A stretch of 64,000 nucleotides of DNA. Source: Tubiluchus corallicola. Its lineage: Eukaryota > Animalia > Priapulida. This document shows positions 53,900-64,000 of the stretch, in pieces. A program made the position numbers and the translations under genes. The notes under the pieces were generated by a model, which saw only the letters and a list, made by a program, of their open reading frames with translations, did not search any database and was not told the origin of the DNA. The DNA lies in the NCBI GenBank assembly GCA_030141605.1, contig JAQGDQ010001077.1, positions 1 to 64,000 of the forward strand, given 5' to 3'. The number at the start of each line of letters is the position of its first letter. The first letter of the stretch is position 1.

Positions 53900-55100
53900 A
53901 TTTCTGCAGTTTTGTATTGTCTGCAATTGCATGGATAATCATCGATTATCGATCACTGTACCTTTGTACAACATTTAAATTCGTTATCAAGTCTACGTTT
54001 GTGTTGACCCCCAGGGCTTTCTTATTGATCTTTCAACTAGTTTCCTCTAAAATGTTGAAGAAAATGATCTGTTGGGCGTCCTTTCCATTTTCACTGCACT
54101 TTGATTTCTATTAAATGAGATTTGTTGCTGTTGCATACTAATTACAAGTTAAAAATGAATTTAAAATTTAGGCCTATTCAGCAGTTATGTTTATTTTTTT
54201 ATTTTATTTTTCAATTTAGCTGGTTAAAACATGCAGTTAAAACTAATTACACGGACAAAGGATTACTAAAACACGCAAAAATAAAAAAAATCAAAATATT
54301 GTTTATATGTAATAATACCATTTGCATAAATAAAACTACATGCATTATTTTGACATGGCATTGACATTTCATGTCAGACTATGCTTGAGAGAATATAAAC
54401 ATGAGGTGCTTGTCATCAAGTTTTCCCATTAAACAATATTATAAAGAAAAGTTGTTCTGTTTAGGGCTTAACATTTCCCTTATCTGGCTTCATTTCCATA
54501 CATATAGAGTCACTGTTATTAATGCGGGTCGTAAAAGCACTGTCGCTTTGTGATAACGAGTCGACGGACACCGGCAGTAATTACGTAAACATGGATAGTG
54601 TCCTGACTTCTGATACGCAAAATGGAGCGTGTGCATTTAACTGCTCCCTTCTGGGGATTAGAGAAATTGCAGGCACATTTTGCCAGAGAATGTAATAATT
54701 GCCTTGCAGGGCAAACCGTACTGAGGGGGTTACTTTAGAGGGCGCGTGCATAATATTTGGGAAAGCCACTTAGTATTACTTATGTTAGTGAAGTTAATTT
54801 AGGATCTTCACCACCAGTGCTCTGTCATGTTGCGCGTTAACGTGCTTAACAGTTTGAATAGTTCATCATGTCAGAGCATGCGGGTTAAATCATGTTTGCA
54901 GAAAGAACACCTTGTATTATTTTTGGCTGAAGGTAATTTTATCCATCAGAAAGACCGTGCCAAGTCCGAGATTATGATAGCTCGAATTCACAAGTATTAA
55001 TTCAAATGTAGTTCAAAGATAAAAGTCTGCGCAGAAATGGAAACAGTGTTCTGACATTTTTTCCCCTTTGATAAAAGCGTTTGGCTCATCTATAGCCACC

Positions 55101-56207
55101 TTAAAAGAAAGGCCAAGTCTTCTGGGAAGTTAGGCTTATTTCAATGTTCGGAAAAAATGTTAGGGTTTAGCAATAAACGTGCGATAGGCGTCTCGTGCAA
55201 TTAGTAAAATCCTTTGAAGTGGCGATAATTTCACGCTTGGGGGTCCCATTTTGTGTCTTTTTTCACCAATAACATCATTCATTAACTGATGACATGCAGC
55301 TCACTGCCAATTTTCGTCAAAAGATATAGTAAAGGTTTGTAAAATACAAAGATATTGTAAAAGCTAGATGATAAATTTATGTGCTCTATAAACAGTTTAT
55401 GGACAGTGACCCAAATCCTTAGTTTTTGTATTTTGTTGTTGGGGGATAACTGAAAAAAAAACTAAGACTCTGCCAAGTTGCACCTGCTCGTCATGAAACT
55501 TCACTTGGATATATTTGTATGAATTCTACACCGCTTGACAGAGCCAGATTTTCGATCTGCCATTTTGAATCAAAGATGGCGGAGAGAACATTATTTTCAA
55601 AAAAGCCTAAGGTTTCAGGAATTCGAAACAGATCGTCGTGAAAGTTTACAGGAATGTACTAGATCAAACTACGCATTGACTGATGGAGTCAGATTTTTGA
55701 TTTGCCATTTTGAAATCAAGATGGCGGCGATAACATCATTTTCGAAAGCAGCCCATGGCTCCATCAGTTCACAGCGTATCGTCACGGAACTTGATATGAG
55801 TATATTAGAATGATTTCTGTGTTGATTAGCAGAGTCGATTTTCGATCTGCCATGGTGAATTCTAAAAGGCAGCTATGACGTCATTTTCAAAAAAGCCTAT
55901 GGCTCAACCAGTTCGCAGTGGATTGCCAGCAAACTTTATAGGAAAATGGTAGTGTAAATTTTCCACCAATTGCTCTAGTCATAAATTCGATTTACCATCT
56001 TGAATGCAAGGTGACAGCATTGATGCCATTTTCTAAAAACCTAAGCATATGAATGGATTTACTAGAATGAAATTCACGTCTATTGACGGAGCCAGATTGA
56101 TGGAGTCGAACTTGTTTTGCTAATTTCTTTGTTGTATTTTTTCCAAGTTTAAGTGATAACGAGTAAAAATAACACCAGTACGCCATGTGACGTGTCCTTT
56201 CCTTTAA
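55101..56207 (+). mobile_element. Kolobok-like family A copy 3 with about 0.8 kb of nested sequence
   Basis: TTAA|AAGAAAGGCCAAG ... AAGTTTAAGTGATAAC ... CCTTTCCT|TTAA; both ends align with 9663-10300. Confidence 0.72.
55535..56110. repeat. Old, degenerate ~150-bp tandem repeat nested in the Kolobok-like copy
   Basis: The motif GAGYCAGATTTTCGATYTGCCATTTTGAA..CAAGATGGCGG recurs near 55540, 55686, 55831 and 55977. Confidence 0.65.
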
Positions 56208-56504
56208 AATGTTATTGTTTATGTACGAAATGAAAAATGTATTTGTAGCAGGTTTACATAACATTTTTTTTCAATTTGTCAGTTCATCTAATTGTTACGT
56301 TTTTTTTCTTTTTCATGCGTTCCTTCATCTCGTTCTGTTGGATGATTAAGGTAAGTGATTTTTGTTGTATTAGTTTATTGGCGAGGTAATTACTAAATTT
56401 ATTGTCAGCGTTAGGGTTAGGGTTAGATGACTTTTCGACATCTAACTTCCTAATGTTGAAGGTTCTGTTCTAGAATGGCTGATGCTCTAGAATATAGAAG
56501 ATGT

Positions 56505-57010
56505 ATGAGTTACTTTTGTTCTTGAGTTACTCCTGGGAAGAATCTTCCAGTTGTTACATTTGTCAAGATTGTCTCTATCTTTTGTCAGCATCCCGTTAGC
56601 CTGCATGTGAACAAAGGTCGGTTGATAGGTTACTTGTGTTTTTGAGTTACTCCTGGGAAGAATCTTTCAAGTTGTCTCTATCCATTGTCAGCATCCCGTT
56701 AGTCTGCATGTGAACAAAGGTCAGTTGATAGGTTACTTGTGTTCTTCAATTACTCAATATTATTGTTATGTACCATATGGGAAGAATCTTTCAAGTTGTT
56801 ACATTTGTTAAGATTGTCTCTATCTTTTGTCAGCATCCCGTTAGCCAGCATGTGAACAAAGGTCAGGTGATAGGTTACTTGTGTTCTTCAATTACTCATT
56901 ATTATTGTTATGTACCATATGGGAAGAATCTTCCTGTTGTTACATTAATCAAGATTGTCTCTATCCTTTATCAGCATCCCGTTAGCCTGCATGTGAACAA
57001 AGGTCGGTTG
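56505..57010. repeat. Degenerate tandem repeat, 4 copies of about 100-140 bp
   Basis: GGGAAGAATCTT ... CAGCATCCCGTTAG ... ATGTGAACAAAGGTC occurs four times with indels. Confidence 0.92.
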
Positions 57011-57488
57011 AACATTATTCCCCGTCTTTAAAACTTCCTTGCTTTAGCACATTTGCAACAAGGGCATCAGGGAAAAATATAGTCTTGTTGACAAAAGACT
57101 TGGCGTTGAGGACTCACCAGAAATTTCAATAATGTTTCCTGTTACAGTATAGGCCGCGGCAACACAATCTGCCACCGATCACGAGATCAATAAGAGAATT
57201 TGTTCTGCTTAGCAATAGATTTTCAGCGTGAAAAGGCGATGAGCAAACCTACCCAGGCGGCCACATGTTTCTAAAGGATTGTGCGTTGCATCTTATGGGA
57301 AATTAGAAGCAGCAATGTAAAGCTTTGGACGGGTTTTTTGCCAAAGTGATTTGCATTATTAAAACATAGCGATTCAGAAAAGAAATAGTTGTTTTTCGAG
57401 AGGGTTTGGGAAATTCGTTGACTTTAAATGTGCTTGCCAATTCTTAGCAACGTTAATTCACCAAATTTATGCTATTTCTATGTAGAAT

Positions 57489-57900
57489 GACCTAAACGAG
57501 TGTAGTAGTCCAAACGAATCGACCTAAACGAGTGTAGTAGTCCAAGCGAATCGACCTAAACGAGTGTAGTAGTCCAAGCGAATCGACCTAAACGAGTGTA
57601 GTAGTCCAAACGAATCGACCTAAACGAGTGTAGTAGTCCAAGCGAATCGACCTAAACGAGTGTAGTAGTCCAAACGAATCGACCTAAACGAGTGTAGTAG
57701 TCCAAGCGAATCGACCTAAACGAGTGTAGTAGTCCAAGCGAATCGACCTAAACGAGTGTAGTAGTCCAAACGAATCGACCTAAACGAGTGTAGTAGTCCA
57801 AACGAATCGACCTAAACGAGTGTAGTAGTCCAAACGAATCGACCTAAACGAGTGTAGTAGTCCAAACGAATCGACCTAAACGAGTGTAGTAGTCTAAGCG
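57489..57900. repeat. 32-bp minisatellite GACCTAAACGAGTGTAGTAGTCCAARCGAATC, about 13 copies
   Basis: Directly visible. Confidence 0.98.
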
Positions 57901-58551
57901 GACTCAAGTCCAGTGTTAAAAGTCATTGCTAGAGATAGGAAATTCAGGGCTTGACTGTCTGTCCAAAAATGAGAATTCTTACAATCAGTTTACTAGTTAT
58001 GGAGGCATCTGTTGGTGTTTCTCTTAAATCTGTCTCCTATCTTCAACTTGTTTAAGTTTAAATGCAATTAAGAAGGAAAACAAGTCAGTTCCACTGGTTA
58101 GATCCCCTGGTTAGGTGGAGGGTTTATTAATAGATGTCTGTCCTGTCTTTAGAGTTCTGTGGGTAAAATTATGTAATGCAGCAGCAAAACGCTATGGCAG
58201 ATGTGGTTGCAGGTAGCCAGGTAACCATGCTAGGTAGGAGATACGTTAACTTAGTGTATAGGGTTAGAACTCATATTTTCGAGAACAGGTATTTTTTGGA
58301 TATGTTTTCTACAAGTCTCTTCTGGAAGCTGCTGCTTCTGTTTAAGGTCTTCTTAGTTATTACCAGTAAATTGATTCGTAAATAGTTAGTATTTTGAATT
58401 ACAGAGATGTTTAAGAGAATTTTCCAATTTTGTTGACGTAATGATAAAACAGATAAAACAGGCTTAATGCAGATACGGATCTTCGGTGAGTGAATGATTC
58501 ATTGGATCTTCGTTTACTGAGGTCGTGTGACGTATCAGCCCAGGTGTGGGT

Positions 58552-59121
58552 GCAGGTGCTTGGTCAAGGTCAGAGCAGCCGAATTGAATCGTTAGTGTAT
58601 AGCGCCCGGCAGGTGCTTCGTCAAGGTCAGAGCCGCCGAATTGAAACGTTAGTGTACAGCGCCCGGCAGGTACTTCGTCAAGGTCAGAGCAGCCGAATTG
58701 AAACGTTAGTGTACAGCGCCCGGCAGGTACTTCGTCAAGGTCAGAGCAGCCGAATTGAAACGTTAGTGTACAGCGCCCGGCAGGTACTTCGTCAAGGTCA
58801 GAGCCGCCGAATTGAAACGTTAGTGTACAGCGCCCGGCAGGTACTTCGTCAAGGTCAGAGCAGCCGAATTGAAACGTTAGTGTACAGCGCCCGGCAGGTA
58901 CTTGGTCAAGGTCAGAGCAGCCGAATTGAAACGTTAGTGTACAGCGGCCGGCAGGTACTTCGTCAAGGTCAGAGCAGCCGAATTGAAACGTTAGTGTACA
59001 GCGCCCGGCAGGTACTTCGTCAAGGTCAGAGCAGCCGAATTGAAACGTTAGTGTACAGCGCCCGGCAGGTACTTCGTCAAGGTCAGAGCAGCCGAATTGA
59101 AACGTTAGTGTACAGCGCCCG
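58552..59121. repeat. 57-bp GC-richer minisatellite, 10 copies
   Basis: 19-aa periodicity in ORFs 58490..59245 (+) and 58464..59204 (-). Confidence 0.98.
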
Positions 59122-60433
59122 AAATTATGTCCTTTTAAGGGCATGTCAAGTTTTGAAGTTTTGGATACTCGCTTGTTTTCGTATTGAAGCAGCCGGCAGC
59201 TCATTGATTCGGATATTCGATGGTTATTCGATGGTTATTCGATGATTATTCGATGGCTAGTGTGCGCCGATACATTAAACTTGCAAGGTTGTCCTTATGT
59301 TGTTGATAACGAGCTTTAACTGCTCGTGTTATTTATGTAAATGATCGATATTAAATAAAATTTACCTTATCTTATCTTATCTGTTGATACACGTGATAAA
59401 TGTCTACACACTTTCATTCAAATTCTTGGAGCAGCAATACTAATATCTTTTTTAAAGTCGGTATTGTTTCGCTTCGTTCCCGAAGTCTGCATTTAACGCC
59501 TTGGATTAGAGATTTGGTCGTATAATGCAGATTTCCAGCAATATTTACATTTTTGCTTGCGTTCTGTGAAATCATAATCCTGTTTGGAAGGAATATTTGT
59601 CATTAAATCTGACTATAAGCCGTCGTAATTGAATGGCAGCCTGTACGTGAAAGGCTTGTGTGAGCGAGAGCCTCGCGACGTTGTTTTCGGATTGAATGGC
59701 ACGGATGTTTAATGGCTGTAGCTTTAAGTGCCGGCTTAATGCATGTCACTTCAAAATCATATACGTCGTAAATTCGAACGTCTCGAGTCGAAATCGTTCA
59801 GACCCGATTATCCGACTTTTGCCGGGAATGGAATGACGTTTCCCGAAAGTTGTGGTCCACCGTTTGTGTTGTTGATTTGCTTCGGTAATATCACAGTAAT
59901 GGGTATTTTAGTATCATCGCTCACATATTGGTGATTTGTCTGAGATTTTCTGTATGCAGGCAGAATGTTATGCAGAGGGAAGTGTGATTCATGATTTATG
60001 TAACACCAGCTGTTACGTGTGTAAGCATTTTTATATATAGCATTTGTTCTGACACTTTTCTAACGTAGTTTTTCCGGAATAAGAAAAAATGGAAGAAATA
60101 ACATCCCTCATGGAAGTAAGAATAAACGAAAAGTACATCATTTTGTATTATTAATTTTATACATCAGTATTCTAAGCATTGTCTACTGCATTCAAGACGT
60201 CTAGGTTAGAGTAGTTCCTAAGTTCTGCAGCAGCTCGAGGCCACATACATCAACAAAAATACCATATCTGGAATTTTTTACAATATCGGATCGTATCGAA
60301 TTGATTCCCAAAGTTAAACATGGCATCGGACTGGAAAATACCAATGGTAGCAATGTACTCGAACAATAATGGTGGGCCTCCAGAGGAGTTTACTGAAACA
60401 GCCGAGGTTGTTCCTTAATTGGCTTCTGTATTT

Positions 60434-60968
60434 GAATTATGAATTATGAATTTATTCCACAGCAACTCAAACATACATATAAACTGACATAACATTGAAA
60501 AAAACAAATGAACTATGCGAGTTACTGTGAGGAGGAGGAAGAAGCATTGAGCTTTCTAGTCCTCCTCCAGATAAGTGAAACAATTGACAATTAACATTAC
60601 ATTTTCATCAGTTATAACGTACATTAGAACAAAATAAGTTTTGTTAGTAACTTAAGATCAGGATGAGTAAAATTGTGAGTTAATTATACCGTTGTAGTAA
60701 GTAATTCTTTGATGGTTTTTTAAATTGATAAAGATTAAGAGTTTTCATTTCACGCGGAATTGATGACCATATTTTAATAGTATTATATTTTGGTGACTGT
60801 TTCGTTATATTTGTTTTTGGAAGGGGGAGTACATAGTTTCCGACTGAATATCTTGTGTAATGATCATGTTGATTGAAACTGGACTAAAGTATGACTAAAA
60901 ACCTGGTGGAAGTAGTGAATTATGATACTGATACATGAAATGAAGACAAATACATGTATAATTTTATT
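60434..60968 (-). mobile_element. 5'-truncated CR1/L2-group LINE: ORF2 C-terminus + 3' UTR
   Basis: The minus strand reads FMYQYHNSLLPPGF*SYF...HDHYTRYSVGNYVLPLPKTNITKQSPKYNTIKIWSSIPREMKTLNLYQFKKPSKNYLL. Hairpin GGAGGAGGA/TCCTCCTCC at 60531-60568; AATAAA and an (ATAATTC)n tail. Confidence 0.88.
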
Positions 60969-61713
60969 CAGAAGCCAAGCCTTAGGGTTTTCGTATCTGC
61001 CTGCACTCATTCAAATCTATGAAAGAGCAGTAGAGATAATCCGCTTCACCACAAATAGCTAATTGGCTTTGATTAAACCGTTTTAAACGTGTAACGTAAC
61101 AACTGTATGCCATTTTATAGCCATGACATCATCCCTGATGTTTACCTAAACCTTTTGAGTTATAGTATTTCCCCAAAGTCAAAGCGAAGGTTGTGCGTGA
61201 ACAAATACTTTGACAGAAAGACAAATGATGGCTGTTTCGCGCATGTTTTATTGATGATACTTTGACTTAGTTGTATTTTCTTTGTTCGACGTTTTTCCCG
61301 CTTGATCTTATAAGGGAAATCGCAGAACTAATACAGCCGCTTATATCTTTACCAAGTGGGTGATGAAGTTTGTTGATTTCTGCAAAAAATTGCCGAGGTA
61401 GCTGTTATTATTATGGTTCCTTCGTTCATTTCGTTTTCACTATCAGTGTTGTTTTCTGGGTTTTTTATTTGTTCCTCCATAGCGCAGGTGTGTTCAGCAA
61501 GAGCGTACTTAGCGCAGGTGTGTTCAGCAAGAGCGTACAGCTACAGTTTCGTAATTAATTCAGCTTGCTGTCGCGTTTATTTGAAACTAAAGAAACTTGT
61601 TTGGAAATTGTGGAAGTTTAGACTTGTTTTCGTCTTAATCTGTTGGCCTTGTGAAGCTAGAAATCTTACTCTGTAATACACGGCATGGTTTATTTTGCGA
61701 GATCGGATTAAGG

Positions 61714-62078
61714 TGCCATCAAATTTAAAACAAATCAAGTCTTTCGACGAATTCAAATCAAAATTAAAAATACATACATTAAATCGTTTTGAAAACCGTA
61801 CATACGTAAACGATAATATATATTCATCCGCAAATTTTATTTACCCACGTCCATTTTAAATTGTATGTGTATATTGTATATAATCCATTATAATTTCCGT
61901 GTAACATTATAATGTATATTTTTGTTTTAAATTTTTGGCACAGTAGTTTTTAGTTTGTACTGGACGCATTTGCCTTTAACAGTTGTGTGAATTTTATTCT
62001 CATGCTGCGATGTTCTTTTATGCTTTTATAGTTATGAATATCGATTTTTTATGGCAAATAAAGATTATTATATATATA
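61714..62078 (+). mobile_element. Second, shorter copy of the 5030-5670 LINE
   Basis: Nearly identical to 5306-5670 from TGCCATCAAATTTAAAAC to AATAAAGATTATTATA. Confidence 0.9.
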
Positions 62079-62542
62079 GGTCCATCTTTAAGTGAAATGT
62101 GGCACAGGAATTCCTTCCCCTAGCGGGTAATTTTGTTTCCGGGATTAGAAGTGCACCCTTGTCGCATTATTGTTATTATAATTCTTTATTTTTAAAACGT
62201 ATGACATCGACCCGTGTCGCGCAGACATGTTTGTGTATGAATTGGATTTATCTAAACTTTTTCTCGTGCAAGGTCACGTTTTGCGCGCTTTAATTGCTGT
62301 CCTCATATTGTCAATCGATTTCCAGTTTACCTCTATTTGTTCGTCCGAGGATGAAGATAACAAAGATCCGGATCGGTGATACGGGGGGGGGGGAGAAGCC
62401 AGTGGAGAATGTGGACTGAAGCCCTGCAGATCCTTGTTCACAATGAATTCGTTGTACTTTCATGTTCTATTGTTTTTCGCTTATTAATTTTTTTGACGTT
62501 TAAAATCAACGACTGAATTGACGGCATTAAACCAGTAAATTT

Positions 62543-62970
62543 CAGGGTTGCCACGGTCAGGGAAAATCCTTGACAAATCAGGCTGTCAATGGAAAAGTCA
62601 GGGAAAAAGATAATTTGATAAAAAAAGTCGGGAAAATGATGAAAATGGGGCGAAAAGTCAGCGAAATTGGAAAGGGTTGCAAAATTAATCACCGTGTACC
62701 GATATTTTTCCAAACATATTTTTTAGTGATTTGGTTCAAATAAAATTTTGCTATGACAGGCTCCCAATTTCGACATCTGTTCCAAAAATAATGTTTTCCA
62801 CATATATCAGTGTATATATATATATATGTGTGTGTATATATGGTCCATACACAAAAACGCTCGAATGTGTATACTGGTAATACAATGTCTGCTTATGTTG
62901 GTCATGCAAAATCAATATTTGGTCAGCGAAAAGTCAGGGAAATTTATTTTAAAATTCTGTGGCTACCCTG
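62543..62970. mobile_element. hAT-like MITE
   Basis: TIRs CAGGGTTGCCAC / GTGGCTACCCTG (one mismatch) and repeated subterminal GAAAAGTCAGGGAA motifs; no 8-bp TSD recognisable. Confidence 0.68.
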
Positions 62971-63088
62971 AATAACAAATAACCCGGGTATTTGGATTAT
63001 TCGTCTCGTTCAAGGAGGGTGTTTGTATATTCGAATGTAGCAAAAATTCTTCTGGTTACAAGACCGGGATTTAGTATGTCATGGTAGA

Positions 63089-64000
63089 AGATTATGTCTC
63101 TGATAAAGGAGGTGTGTTCCAGTCCTGCTTCATCCTTCAGCCTTTTCAAATTTGAACGTGGGATCTTGAAAGGAAAAGCCCTGTGATCTAGGCCCACCTT
63201 TGGGAGATTATGTCTCTGATAAAGGAGGTGTGTTCCAGTCCTGTTTCATCCTTCAGCCTTTTCAAATTTGAACGTGGGATCTTGAAAGGAAAAGCTCTGC
63301 GACCCCGTCCCACCTTTGGGAGATTACGTCTCTGATAAAGGAGGTGTGTTCCAGTCCTGCTTCATCCTTCAGCCTTTTCAAATTTGAACGTGGGATCTTG
63401 AAAGGAAAAGCCCTGTGATCTAGTCCCACCTTTGGGAGATTATGTCTCTGATAAAGGAGGTGTGTTCCAGTCCTGTTTCATCCTTCAGCCTTTTCAAATT
63501 TGAACGTGGGATCTTGAAAGGAAAGGCTCTGCGACCCCGTCCCACCTTTGGGAGATTACGTCTCTGATAAAGGAGGTGTGTTCCAGTCCTGTTTCATCCT
63601 TCAGCCTTTTCAAATTTGAACGTGGGATCTTGAAAGGAAAAGCTCTGCGACCCCGTCCCACCTTTGGGAGATTACGTCTCTGATAAAGGAGGTGTGTTCC
63701 AGTCCTGTTTCATCCTTCAGCCTTTTCAAATTTGAACGTGGGATCTTGAAAGGAAAAGCTCTGCGACCCCGTCCCACCTTTGGGAGATTACGTCTCTGAT
63801 AAAGGAGGTGTGTTCCAGTCCTGTTTCATCCTTCAGCCTTTTCAAATTTGAACGTGGGATCTTGAAAGGAAAAGCTCTGCGACCCCGTCCCACCTTTGGG
63901 AGATTACGTCTCTGATAAAGGAGGTGTGTTCCAGTCCTGTTTCATCCTTCAGCCTTTTCAAATTTGAACGTGGGATCTTGAAAGGAAAGGCTCTGCGACC
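63089..64000. repeat. 116-bp minisatellite, about 8 copies, running off the window end
   Basis: AGATTAYGTCTCTG at 63089, 63205, 63321 and onward. Confidence 0.97.

Noticed and set aside
56410-56426. GTTAGGGTTAGGGTTAG as an interstitial telomere
   Set aside because: Fewer than three full units; too short to interpret.

Overview
AT-rich, repeat-dense animal genomic DNA. The 5S-derived sequence looks lophotrochozoan (annelid/mollusc type), but that is an inference. I found no intact host protein-coding gene, no CRISPR array and no free-standing RNA gene. Nearly all long ORFs in the track are by-products of tandem repeats, and the few protein-like ones are decayed LINE ORF2 fragments. The window reads as a large intron or intergenic region. 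It contains: (i) two copies of a composite SINE with a 5S rRNA head and a bipartite RTE-type body, each with a candidate TSD but with different heads; (ii) several CR1/L2-group and RTEX-like LINE remnants; (iii) non-autonomous DNA transposons (two TTAA-flanked Kolobok-like families, a TA-type MITE with 24-bp TIRs, and a hAT-like MITE); (iv) about 20 mutually unrelated minisatellite arrays with 21-119 bp units, plus microsatellites and many 2-copy duplications. By hand count tandem repeats cover roughly a quarter of the window. Several arrays sit inside transposon remnants and show dimeric higher-order structure or polarity. All coordinates were read by eye and may be off by a few bases; family names come from motif recognition, not database searches.
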